Shown one piece after another: positions 16,148-25,150 of a stretch of 26,415 nt of DNA. The DNA is from Lachnospiraceae bacterium (GTDB lineage: Bacteria > Bacillota > Clostridia > Lachnospirales > Lachnospiraceae). Where the stretch lies: the NCBI GenBank assembly GCA_003489085.1, contig DNJM01000050.1:22549-48963 (forward strand). Reading direction: 5' to 3'. Position 1 is the stretch's first letter; every line of letters begins with the position of its first letter. A program made the position numbers and the translations under genes. Under the pieces are notes generated by a model. That model searched no databases. It had not been told where the DNA came from and worked only from the letters and a program-made list of their open reading frames with translations.

Positions 16148-16912
16148 TCAGTTCTTCCTTTTCTCCTCTTCATATGCGATCTGAATCAGCATCAGCCCAT
16201 GCGCCGGCGCTGTCACCCCATCCTGTGTACGCTTCTTTGCTTCCAGCATGGTCTTTACTTTCTCCGGATCATAAAAACCGCGTCCCACACGGATCAGAGT
16301 TCCGGCAATAATCCGCACCATATTGTAAAGGAATCCATTTCCGGAAATCCGTATCGTAATCTCATCACCGCTTCTTATCACCTGCAGATCATAAATCGTC
16401 CGTACCGTATCCACCACATTGGTACGAATATTACAGAAGCTTGCAAAATCATGCTCTCCGATCAGATATGCCGCAGCTTCCTGCATTCGTCTTTCATCCA
16501 ACGGAAAAGAAACAAAATAATTCGTCAGTCGTTTTGTCGGTATCACGGTCCGACTGTTTATGATATGATATTCGTAGGTTTTGGTGCAATTCTGATACCG
16601 CGGATGCCAGTCTAACGGTACCTCATCCGACTCTGCTACTACAATATCCGCCGGCAGCCGCTGGTTCAATGCATAGGCAAAACGATCAGACGGAATAGAA
16701 GACCTTGTATCAAATACGGCCACATTTCCCAGCGCATGCACACCGGAATCTGTCCGGCTCGCGCCAAGCACATGAGTCTCCTCCCCGGTCAGCTTCTGAA
16801 TTGCTCTGTTCACTACTTCCTCTATCGTAATTCCATTCGGCTGCACCTGCCAGCCGCAATAATTTGTACCATCGTAGGCAATCCGCAGACGGATACGCTT
16901 CTGATTCTGCAT
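16148..16912 (-). CDS. truA: tRNA pseudouridine(38-40) synthase
   Basis: IAYDGTNYCGWQVQPNG, GASRTDSGVHA (catalytic Asp), GEHDFASF, GNGFLYNMVRII, TAPAHGL. Confidence 0.97.
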   Translation of the reverse strand: MQNQKRIRLRIAYDGTNYCGWQVQPNGITIEEVVNRAIQKLTGEETHVLGASRTDSGVHALGNVAVFDTRSSIPSDRFAYALNQRLPADIVVAESDEVPLDWHPRYQNCTKTYEYHIINSRTVIPTKRLTNYFVSFPLDERRMQEAAAYLIGEHDFASFCNIRTNVVDTVRTIYDLQVIRSGDEITIRISGNGFLYNMVRIIAGTLIRVGRGFYDPEKVKTMLEAKKRTQDGVTAPAHGLMLIQIAYEEEKRKN

Positions 16913-16959
16913 AGTGTTCTCCCTTCCGCAGATATCTAACCATCAAGTTTCCAATGAAT

Positions 16960-16989
16960 AGCTTACCATTATCCGGCTGCTACTGTCAA
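16960..16989 (-). promoter_or_regulatory. Candidate sigma-A promoter for truA
   Basis: TTGACA (16989-16984) - 18 nt - TAAGCT (16965-16960) with TGn extension. Confidence 0.5.
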
Positions 16990-17025
16990 TAAAACGATTT
17001 TTATACTTTTTTAAATTGGTTTTTA

Positions 17026-17053
17026 TTGCATTTTTTTCATTTTGTAGTATAAT
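17026..17053 (+). promoter_or_regulatory. Candidate sigma-A promoter for the PLP enzyme gene
   Basis: TTGCAT - 16 nt - TATAAT. Confidence 0.5.
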
Positions 17054-17109
17054 ATAGTTTAGAACCTATACTTGTACCCGTAAAATTTAAAACTAAGGAG
17101 GTTATTGTT

Positions 17110-18309
17110 ATGAAGTATGATTTTGATACTGTTGTCGACCGTGCAGCTGCTCCTTTTAGCTATAGCGCAAAATGGATGAGCGGAGATGGTCCCCTGAGCC
17201 GTATGTTCCTGCAAATGACAGGCTTTGACAGCTATCCGGAGGACAGGCTGTGTTTTCAGACAGCAGACATGGATTTCAAGTGTGCACCGGAAATTACAGA
17301 GGCGTTAATCAAAACAGCAGAGCATGGTATCTTTGGATATTCCGTTGCACCGGATGCATATTATGATGCTGTGTGCAAATGGTTCCACGACCGTTTTGAC
17401 TGGGATTTCAGCCCGGAGAGCATTTCCTTAGGATCTTCCGGAACACATGCGCTGATTGTAGACTGCATTAACAGCTTTACGCAGCCAGGAGAAGGCGTAA
17501 TTGTTCTTCTTCCATCTTATAACTATCACGCGGACATCGAGGATAACGGACGTGTCATGGTCGGCATCCAGATGCTGAATGACAACGGATACTATACCGT
17601 AGATTATGATGCGTTAGAGAAAGCATGCAGCGATAGGAATAATACGATGATCATACTGGTTCAGCCCCACAATCCAACCGGTCGTGTATTTACAGAGGAA
17701 GAGATCCTTAAAATTGGTGAAATCTGCAGAAAGAACGATGTCATTATCGTATCAGACGAGGTACATATCGACATCGCCCGTAAAGGAACTAAGATTTGTC
17801 CGGTTATGAAAGTTCTGGGACCACAAGGTGTGATCTCCGCAACCGCAGTCAATAAAACTTTCAACCTGGCAGGTCTTGCCATGTCAAACTTAATTATCGA
17901 AGACAAAGAGCTTCGCGCAAAGTTAAAAACCGGTTTCCCGATGGCAACACCATTCGGCATCACTGCAGTCATTACTGCTTATACACAGGGTGGCCCATGG
18001 GTTGATGAGCTGAATGAATATCTGGATCAGTTGATTGATTATGCAATGGAACGCTTTGCAAAAGACTTACCGAAGGTTCGTATTGCAAAACCGGAAGGAA
18101 CCTATGTTTTATGGGCAGATTTCTCCGGATATGGTCTTTCTGATGAAGAACTGGCAGAACGGCTCAGGGCAACACATATTTTCATCGGTGATGGAGTGGG
18201 ATTCGACCAGCCTAACGGAAAGCAATATCGCAGATTCTGTCTCACCTCACCTATGTCTCAGGTAGAGGAAGCATTTGATCGCCTTGCTGCTCAGTTCCGC
18301 GATTGCTAA
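17110..18309 (+). CDS. MalY/PatB family PLP-dependent enzyme (C-S lyase / class I-II aminotransferase fold)
   Basis: MKYDFDTVVDR, ADMDF, HGIFGY, PHNPTGRV, SDEVH.D, PLP-lysine motif NKTFNLAGL, PEGTY..W.DF. Confidence 0.9.
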   Translation: MKYDFDTVVDRAAAPFSYSAKWMSGDGPLSRMFLQMTGFDSYPEDRLCFQTADMDFKCAPEITEALIKTAEHGIFGYSVAPDAYYDAVCKWFHDRFDWDFSPESISLGSSGTHALIVDCINSFTQPGEGVIVLLPSYNYHADIEDNGRVMVGIQMLNDNGYYTVDYDALEKACSDRNNTMIILVQPHNPTGRVFTEEEILKIGEICRKNDVIIVSDEVHIDIARKGTKICPVMKVLGPQGVISATAVNKTFNLAGLAMSNLIIEDKELRAKLKTGFPMATPFGITAVITAYTQGGPWVDELNEYLDQLIDYAMERFAKDLPKVRIAKPEGTYVLWADFSGYGLSDEELAERLRATHIFIGDGVGFDQPNGKQYRRFCLTSPMSQVEEAFDRLAAQFRDC

Positions 18310-18341
18310 TATGTAATATCTGACCCTTACGATACAAAATG

Positions 18342-18413
18342 AAATATTCCCACAGGAAGCCAGAGCTGCTTTAAAAGGCTTACAAGCATCACTCCAGTCC
18401 TGTGGGAATATTT
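18342..18413. repeat. 16-bp perfect inverted repeat with 40-nt spacer, probable bidirectional terminator
   Basis: AAATATTCCCACAGGA (18342-18357) / TCCTGTGGGAATATTT (18398-18413). The right arm lies inside the last codons of jetD. Confidence 0.65.
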
Positions 18414-19645
18414 TCTATAGAACCAGAATGCCCGGTTTCTTCATAATAACTCACAATCTCCTGTTCCAGTTTCACGTCCTGCTCAAGCATATACTTCACT
18501 GTTTCCTGATAGCCATCATGTTCAGACAGCTTTTTCAAACGTCTCCTGTCATTTAGTGAAAGACTGCGCAGACAACTTTCATATCGAGGATCTTGCAGCT
18601 CATTTACAGACATTCGGTAAAGCCCAAAAGGGATTCCTGTAATTCTGCACAGATTCTCATGTATGTAAAAGCCGCCGGCATCAATATCTCCAAAGTGGAA
18701 GCACTGGACTCCAGGATTATTCGCGTACATCATCCTCAAGAAATCCCGCTGAAACCGATTTGCATATCCGCCCAGATAAAAATAAGCTGTATCTGCTTCT
18801 CCGCACCGCATATAGGACGCCTTATTCTCCACAGTAATAAATCGCCGATCATGAACTATAATCCTTTCCATTTCATCCAATTCATCTGCATAGAACTCTA
18901 CGCCGCTTTGAATCCCTCCAAGCTCCAGCGTCTTTCCGGATTTTACAATTACGATATTCCCTTTCACACAGATTTTCTGTTTTTCCTTCACAATTCGATA
19001 GTCGCTTAGTATTTCGTCCGGAAGCTCATTTTCTTTGCAAGGTTTTTCCCAGAATTTTCGAATCAATCCACACACCGTATCCAGAGTATTATCCTCCAGA
19101 TACTTCGAGCTTCCATAAATCAGCATGGAAGCCTCGCGTACAAACAGAGGGTGCTTATTCCGCTCAATGAAAATCAATGCCCTTAGCACCTCTTCTGTCT
19201 GCTCATAGTCCTTGGGAACCATATTTTTATCCAGGCTTGTCTGAAGCTTTGCACATTCCCGATCCGCAACCGGAGAATAACCACTATACTTTTCAATGAT
19301 TCTCTTTACCTGGTTCATTTTTTCATGCTTCGATGTATACTGATAGTGTTCCGTCAAATAGCATTCTGCTTCCTCCACTTTCTCATCAACCAAATAGATC
19401 GAAGAAATCTCGTTACTGAATTTCTTCATTTCATAAGTCAGAAAACCTTTTTCCTGGTATTTACCGGCAATCTCATTAATAGCATTGATTTGTTCCAGAT
19501 CTCCATCATTCCGACTATATCCTCTGTACAATTCCGTTGGCTTAATCTGTGTTCTCCTGTTGATGCGGCCGATCCCATTATCTTTTTTGCTCTTTCTGTA
19601 TTTTTCAACCAGAAGAAGCAACATCTTTTCTTCATAATCATGCAT
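18389..19645 (-). CDS. jetD: Wadjet nuclease JetD (topoisomerase VI-like Toprim, DUF2220-type)
   Basis: RFITVENKASY (conserved Glu), YFYLGGY, FHFGDIDAGG (DxD), C-terminal KLEQE. Start at ATG 19645 after AGGAG, overlapping the jetC stop by 8 nt. Confidence 0.88.
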   Translation of the reverse strand: MHDYEEKMLLLLVEKYRKSKKDNGIGRINRRTQIKPTELYRGYSRNDGDLEQINAINEIAGKYQEKGFLTYEMKKFSNEISSIYLVDEKVEEAECYLTEHYQYTSKHEKMNQVKRIIEKYSGYSPVADRECAKLQTSLDKNMVPKDYEQTEEVLRALIFIERNKHPLFVREASMLIYGSSKYLEDNTLDTVCGLIRKFWEKPCKENELPDEILSDYRIVKEKQKICVKGNIVIVKSGKTLELGGIQSGVEFYADELDEMERIIVHDRRFITVENKASYMRCGEADTAYFYLGGYANRFQRDFLRMMYANNPGVQCFHFGDIDAGGFYIHENLCRITGIPFGLYRMSVNELQDPRYESCLRSLSLNDRRRLKKLSEHDGYQETVKYMLEQDVKLEQEIVSYYEETGHSGSIENIPTGLE

Positions 19646-22600
19646 AAGTTTTCTCCTCATGGAACTGCACAATGCCAAGCTGCATACTGTCCGGCCGAAC
19701 TCGAAGTACCGGCAAAATCACTTCACATTCGTTGCCAATTGATTCTGTCTTATCCGGCGAGCAAAAAATCACCTGCAGATTTTGCTTTTTCATAAAATCC
19801 AGCATCAATTTCACATTCCCTGGATCCATCTTAGCGAAGGGCTCATCAATGAATACCAGTCTCGTAGAATTCACCTTCTGATTATAAATCATAAGCAATG
19901 CAGATGACAAAATCAGCAAATATGGAATCTGTACTTCCGCACCTGAGTTAAACCCTGTCTGACGCGATAATTTTGCGCGATCCAAAATGTGGTTGCTCAT
20001 AAGAATTTCATATGTCATATAATTTCGATAATCTGCAAAACGTGCAATAGTTTCATCATTGCTTTTCTCTATAATCCGATTCATGATCTGTTTCAACTCC
20101 CACTCCAGCTGCTCACCATACTCATCCGAAATAGAAGTTACCATACCAAGGGTCATTTGCCCGGAGGTATCTCCCAGCTTTTCTCTTTCATCCAGATACT
20201 TTGCATATTCGATAATCTTAGCGTACTCCGATCCATCTTTCACATAATGAACATCAAACTGATATCGAGTTGAAAAATTCAGTTTCGCCAATTCTGCATT
20301 GATTTGTCTTAAATCGTCCTGTGCATTGTCACATGTCTTTAGAATTGTCAGCACAAATTCGTTTTTGAAGATATCTTCATAATGTTTCGTCTGCACATCC
20401 AACTTTTCACGTATTTCCTGCAGATCATCCATCCAAATGCGATCTTTTCGCTTTGCATATACATCCCGGTCATTCTCACCAACCGGCATCAGGCTGTCTG
20501 GATGCTTTACGTTATAGCCAGATTGCAAACCAATCAGTTCTTTCCTATGCTGTTCAATACTTCTTGATAAACGACTTCTTGTCTCCGGAGCAAAAAGTCC
20601 TCCTGCCCCCGTCATTCCGGCCTCCACATATTTTTCATATGCTTCAACTGCCCGCTGCACAACCGGATACGCCGAAATCTCATATTCTCTGAATTTTTCT
20701 TTATCCTTATCAATCTCCTCCGTTTTCGTTTCAATGGTTTGCCTGCAAACCTGAATCGTTGTCTCCAGCTTACTGTTCTCGCTCATTACCTCCTTCTGCT
20801 CATTTTTCACCGCATTCTGTTCATCCGTAAGACGCGATACCTGCTGACTCAGTTCCAGATATTCTCTGTTATTTTCCTGTGCCTTTTTCAGTTTTTTCAA
20901 CTGTTTTTGTGATTCTTCCAATTTCTCCGCTGTCTTCTGATACTTCGCATGCACATCATAATCATACTCTTTAAAAAATTCCTTATCCTGACTCAGACGT
21001 TTTTTTCTATCTGCAATCTTTTTCCGGACAGAAATTTTTTCCCCACGCTCTGCCTGCAATCGTATCATTTCCTTTTCTGCCCGTTTTCGGTTCAGTTCAA
21101 ATGTTTCCTGTCCAAGATAGTAGGAACGAATGCGGTCAAACTTCAGGAAATAACTATCCATGGCAACAGACACACGGCCTTCCACAGAAATTGCATTTTC
21201 CCAGTTTCTGACCTCTTCCATCTTCACAGCATGCATTCTTCCCAGCTGATACTCAAAATACCGTTTTGCCACCACATTTTTAATGTTCAGGAAATGCACC
21301 ACAGAATCTTTTTCCGATTTCATTTCTTTTTTCATCAACAGTTTTGTATTAAACAAATGTGCATATCTATACTGAGAATGATTCAACACATCATCTGCAA
21401 TATCATAATACTCCGGATCCACCAGAATTGTATACCGACGAATACCAAGAAATGCCTCAATTGCATCCCGCCAGGATTCATCCGTAATACCAATCACATA
21501 TTCACAGGCAAATTTTGCCTCTGCCGTAAGGTTCCGTTTTACAAACTCCCTATTTATCTCCTCTTTCAATCCCACATACTCCGGAATCTGTGTATATGTA
21601 TTCCTGTGCTTTTTGGCTTCTTCCAGAATTTTCTCCTGCTCGCCTAACTTTCCCTCCAATTTTTCGATTTCCTGCCCGATCAATGCACCCTGTTCCGTGA
21701 AATTATCATAGCTCGCGTTTACCGCCTGCTTTAAACAGGAAACTGCACGCTCCTTTTCAAACGCAGAACAACGACTGCTACAGAGCGAAGTCAGCATTTC
21801 CTTTTTTTCTACTTCACATCCATCCTCTGAAAATTCGAAGAGAATTTCACTTACCTTTACCTGAAACTGTTCCAAATCATTTTTTGCCAGAGAAAGCTGT
21901 CTTTTTTCCGCCATTAATACATCGAGATGTTTTTCTTCTTCCTGAACCATTTTTGTACTGTCTAGCTGATCCAGACTAATCTTGGCTGTAAGCAGTCTTT
22001 GATTAATTTCATCGCTTCTTCGCTCCAGCACCTCCAGCGTCTGTACTATCTCACTCTTTTTTCTGGATGCAAGATTCTGCCTACGGTTTAGTTCCTCAAT
22101 CTCTGCATTTAATTTTTTTATTCTTCGGTAAATAAGCTTAATATCATCTGCAAGCAAACGGTTCCTCTCATTTTCACAAGTATCATACTCATTCAGAATC
22201 TTTTCCAGTTCTCCAACCTCTTCCTGAATAAGTGAAAAGGTATCATTCAACCGTTCAATGTTTCCTTTTGCCTCAATCAATTTGGTAAAATCCACATTTC
22301 GTTCCTCCAGAACGCTCTCCCTGATGAATTTATCAATTTTCGCATTGGGATCATAAGACATGATACCTCGTAGTTTACGAAGATAGGCATTAACTTGATT
22401 GATATTAAGTTTCAAACCAGTCATCTGCATAAACTTCTGAATTCCCGGTTCCCGCAGCAGCAGAGTAAGTCCATATTTTTTCTGCAGCTGTGAAGCTGAA
22501 TATGGCATTTTCATTCCATTTTGCACATATAAATGTTCCATATCATCCAGCGTTGTTTTGTCCACAACATATCTCAGCGTCTGACAATTGTTTGAAGCAT

Positions 22601-22946
22601 TCGTCTCAATCACTGCTCCGAGAATAAACGATTTTTCTTCCACGTTATCATAATATTCTTGTACAATGTGGCTGTATACATTAGGCACCTTGTCGGCCGG
22701 ACGCATATAGGTTCCGGCAGTTGCATCAAGAAGCCCCCTTGTATATGAAGAAAGTGTTCTGCTCCCTTTATTTTCTGATGACTTATTAAAAATCGTATCA
22801 CCAAATGCCGCATATTTAATAGCGTCCAGCATAACCGACTTTCCATTTCCATTTTTTCCAGCAATCAGTGTAAAAAAACCGACAGGTGCAGTTACGTTGG
22901 AAAATCCATACCAGTTGATCAGGCGAACCTTCTTCAATAAAATCAT
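19638..22946 (-). CDS. jetC: Wadjet SMC-like ATPase JetC
   Basis: LKKVRLINWY, Walker A GKNGNGKS, long coiled coils around a central hinge-like region, signature SGAE, Walker B/D-loop FIDEPFAKMD; 1102 aa. Confidence 0.9.
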   Translation of the reverse strand: MILLKKVRLINWYGFSNVTAPVGFFTLIAGKNGNGKSVMLDAIKYAAFGDTIFNKSSENKGSRTLSSYTRGLLDATAGTYMRPADKVPNVYSHIVQEYYDNVEEKSFILGAVIETNASNNCQTLRYVVDKTTLDDMEHLYVQNGMKMPYSASQLQKKYGLTLLLREPGIQKFMQMTGLKLNINQVNAYLRKLRGIMSYDPNAKIDKFIRESVLEERNVDFTKLIEAKGNIERLNDTFSLIQEEVGELEKILNEYDTCENERNRLLADDIKLIYRRIKKLNAEIEELNRRQNLASRKKSEIVQTLEVLERRSDEINQRLLTAKISLDQLDSTKMVQEEEKHLDVLMAEKRQLSLAKNDLEQFQVKVSEILFEFSEDGCEVEKKEMLTSLCSSRCSAFEKERAVSCLKQAVNASYDNFTEQGALIGQEIEKLEGKLGEQEKILEEAKKHRNTYTQIPEYVGLKEEINREFVKRNLTAEAKFACEYVIGITDESWRDAIEAFLGIRRYTILVDPEYYDIADDVLNHSQYRYAHLFNTKLLMKKEMKSEKDSVVHFLNIKNVVAKRYFEYQLGRMHAVKMEEVRNWENAISVEGRVSVAMDSYFLKFDRIRSYYLGQETFELNRKRAEKEMIRLQAERGEKISVRKKIADRKKRLSQDKEFFKEYDYDVHAKYQKTAEKLEESQKQLKKLKKAQENNREYLELSQQVSRLTDEQNAVKNEQKEVMSENSKLETTIQVCRQTIETKTEEIDKDKEKFREYEISAYPVVQRAVEAYEKYVEAGMTGAGGLFAPETRSRLSRSIEQHRKELIGLQSGYNVKHPDSLMPVGENDRDVYAKRKDRIWMDDLQEIREKLDVQTKHYEDIFKNEFVLTILKTCDNAQDDLRQINAELAKLNFSTRYQFDVHYVKDGSEYAKIIEYAKYLDEREKLGDTSGQMTLGMVTSISDEYGEQLEWELKQIMNRIIEKSNDETIARFADYRNYMTYEILMSNHILDRAKLSRQTGFNSGAEVQIPYLLILSSALLMIYNQKVNSTRLVFIDEPFAKMDPGNVKLMLDFMKKQNLQVIFCSPDKTESIGNECEVILPVLRVRPDSMQLGIVQFHEEKTYA

Positions 22947-23608
22947 ATCTCGTCCTCCTCATAATCATCCGAATTGATCTGCTGTCTTTTTGCCTCAGGA
23001 TTATCAGCATTCTCTTCATCTGCCTCATTTCGTTTCAAATATTCATCTGCAACTGTCTGAAACTGTGGAATATCCCAACCAAACTGCAATGAGGGGTAAA
23101 GCTGGATTTTCATATCTTCCCCATGGTCATCCTCATCAAAATTAATCAGACTGTACTTTTTAAATAGTTTAAAAGCCACATTCAGTTCCTGTTTCAGCGG
23201 CATCACCCCGTAAGATTTGATTTTATCAATCAGATCACCCTTTGTGATAAAATTCCCTTCGTTATACCCCAGATTTTCCAGATAAACCTTCCACAGAACC
23301 AGAAGCAAGTGATATTGAAGCGTAGAAAATGTAATTACATTAGCGCGTTTCAGTCCCACTGTTTCCTCATCCTCTTCACTGACAATCAGCATACCCACAC
23401 CCGTTTTGTCATCCACCAGAATATCAAAACCTATCATTCGAAGATATTCAGAAATGTCTTGCCGGTTCGATTCTCTGGATACAAAAGAATATAATTTCTC
23501 ATCCTTCTCCCGGAGAATAAATGTAGATTCCAGCAATTTACGAATACATCGTTTAAATAAAATACCATTTTCTTCTCTTATTGTAATCTGTAAACTGATA
23601 TCACTCAT
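22943..23608 (-). CDS. jetB: Wadjet JetB (DUF4194-like KITE subunit)
   Basis: 221 aa; 'I.EYLRMIGFDILVD..TGV', 'LLLVLW..Y', 'F..FKKYSLI', 'LYPSL', acidic tail. Sits between the jetA-like gene and the SMC gene with 8-nt and 4-nt overlaps. Confidence 0.8.
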   Translation of the reverse strand: MSDISLQITIREENGILFKRCIRKLLESTFILREKDEKLYSFVSRESNRQDISEYLRMIGFDILVDDKTGVGMLIVSEEDEETVGLKRANVITFSTLQYHLLLVLWKVYLENLGYNEGNFITKGDLIDKIKSYGVMPLKQELNVAFKLFKKYSLINFDEDDHGEDMKIQLYPSLQFGWDIPQFQTVADEYLKRNEADEENADNPEAKRQQINSDDYEEDEI

Positions 23609-25016
23609 CGCATTTCCTCTTTATATTTATTTTACTGATTGTCGCAACCTCTGTCTCAACCGTCCCCTCTTCGAATTCTACCTCATATGGAAATCCGGCT
23701 GTACCTGAATAAATCATACTGGCTGCCACCATCATCGCATCATCCCTTGTACGCACTCCGTATTCATCCACACTTAGCTTATTCTCTAAGAATGTCAACC
23801 GGTCAAAATAATCTTTTACATGCTCAAGACTGTACCTGTCTGGTGTCTCCATCATCAGTTCATCCGTCAGCCGCTTTCTCTCCGCCTCTGAAAGTTCATC
23901 CGTAACAATTCCGGTATTTATCAGATTCGGATTGGCCTTTTTCCGACGCTCAAAAGATTTTCTGCTGATAAATCCAACACTTTGCAATTGATGTGCCTGC
24001 GCCAGCTGCAGCAAAATGGGTTTTCGATTCTCTTCATCCATATCTTTTATCAGCATCAAAATCCGGTTTATGACATGTTCAAGATTTGTGCCGTTGCTTA
24101 ACACCATCATCATGCGGGTCGCATACAAATTGTAATACGTATTGATTTTGTTATCAATATAATTCATTTCCTGTTCGTATTCAAAATTGATAAAACTTTC
24201 CAGCTCACCAAACTGGCGATCAATTATCTCTTTCGCCCTGACTTCATCTGTATTCTTCAGTTTTTTATATTCGCTAAGCATTTTATTATACAACTCGGAA
24301 TGTCTGAGCCGACGTAACATTCTGTCGATCTCAGAAATATACGAGGGAATCAGACCACTCTTTTTTATAAAGAAATAGTCATTGAAAAAACGGGTCAGCA
24401 ATTCATCTTTAATCAGGAACTGCCCAAAACTATTTACATCCGGCATTCTCATGACTACACGCATGATCTCACGAATACTGTCTTTTAAGATTAAAAGTTC
24501 ATTTTTCAAGTCACATTCATTTTCTACCAGAGGCACAAGGATATTGGAATATGGCCGAATCGCACGGACACTTTCTTTCCCCAAAGATGTTTTCAAAATC
24601 TCATAAATGGAAAAAATGTGATTTGTGATTGCACCATTCGTATCCTGATCAAAAATTCGATGAATCGCATCAATTAATTTGCGGCAATATGCGGAAACCG
24701 AGGCAATATTATCTCCGGTACGCCCAATTTCCTTCGGAGTAATCCAGCCACATACGCGGAAATATCGCAAAATTGCGGATGCATTTTCCTGCGGACTCCG
24801 CACACTGCTGATTTCCTCTCCAATATCCTCTGTCTCTATAGAATACAAACAATTTTGCAAATAGATAATCAGACACTGTCTGGCATCCGTCTCATATAGA
24901 ATTGGGATTTCCTTTGATTTTTCAATCAGCAGGCTAATACATTCAAAATAGACCTCCCGATTTCTGCAGCAAAATGGATTGAAAAATTTATCATTCACAC
25001 TATCAAAATATGACAT
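23601..25016 (-). CDS. jetA: Wadjet JetA (kleisin, DUF5716-like)
   Basis: 471 aa from ATG 25016 (GAAGGT RBS). N-terminus 'F...FFNPF...NREVY..C', winged-helix-like 'AILRYFRVCGWI'. First gene of the four-gene cluster; the call rests mainly on gene context. Confidence 0.75.
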   Translation of the reverse strand: MSYFDSVNDKFFNPFCCRNREVYFECISLLIEKSKEIPILYETDARQCLIIYLQNCLYSIETEDIGEEISSVRSPQENASAILRYFRVCGWITPKEIGRTGDNIASVSAYCRKLIDAIHRIFDQDTNGAITNHIFSIYEILKTSLGKESVRAIRPYSNILVPLVENECDLKNELLILKDSIREIMRVVMRMPDVNSFGQFLIKDELLTRFFNDYFFIKKSGLIPSYISEIDRMLRRLRHSELYNKMLSEYKKLKNTDEVRAKEIIDRQFGELESFINFEYEQEMNYIDNKINTYYNLYATRMMMVLSNGTNLEHVINRILMLIKDMDEENRKPILLQLAQAHQLQSVGFISRKSFERRKKANPNLINTGIVTDELSEAERKRLTDELMMETPDRYSLEHVKDYFDRLTFLENKLSVDEYGVRTRDDAMMVAASMIYSGTAGFPYEVEFEEGTVETEVATISKINIKRKCDE

Positions 25017-25150
25017 TTCTTTACCTTCTTTGTTGTTATTTATCGTAAAATGGAAATGTAGATAATATAAGTCCCTGTACACCGATGCTGCCGTCTGCTG
25101 AACAGCTTCGCCAGAGCACTTCCTGGTTGATATATGTTCAATTCTCTTTT

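Noticed and set aside
20949-21647. 232-aa plus-strand ORF inside jetC, and the other antisense ORFs in the jet genes
   Set aside because: Antisense shadows of Lys/Glu-rich coding sequence (Phe/Leu-rich products), with no independent support.
19638-22946. Housekeeping SMC or SbcC repair ATPase
   Set aside because: No scpAB or sbcD partner is present. The flanking kleisin-like, KITE-like and Toprim genes match Wadjet.
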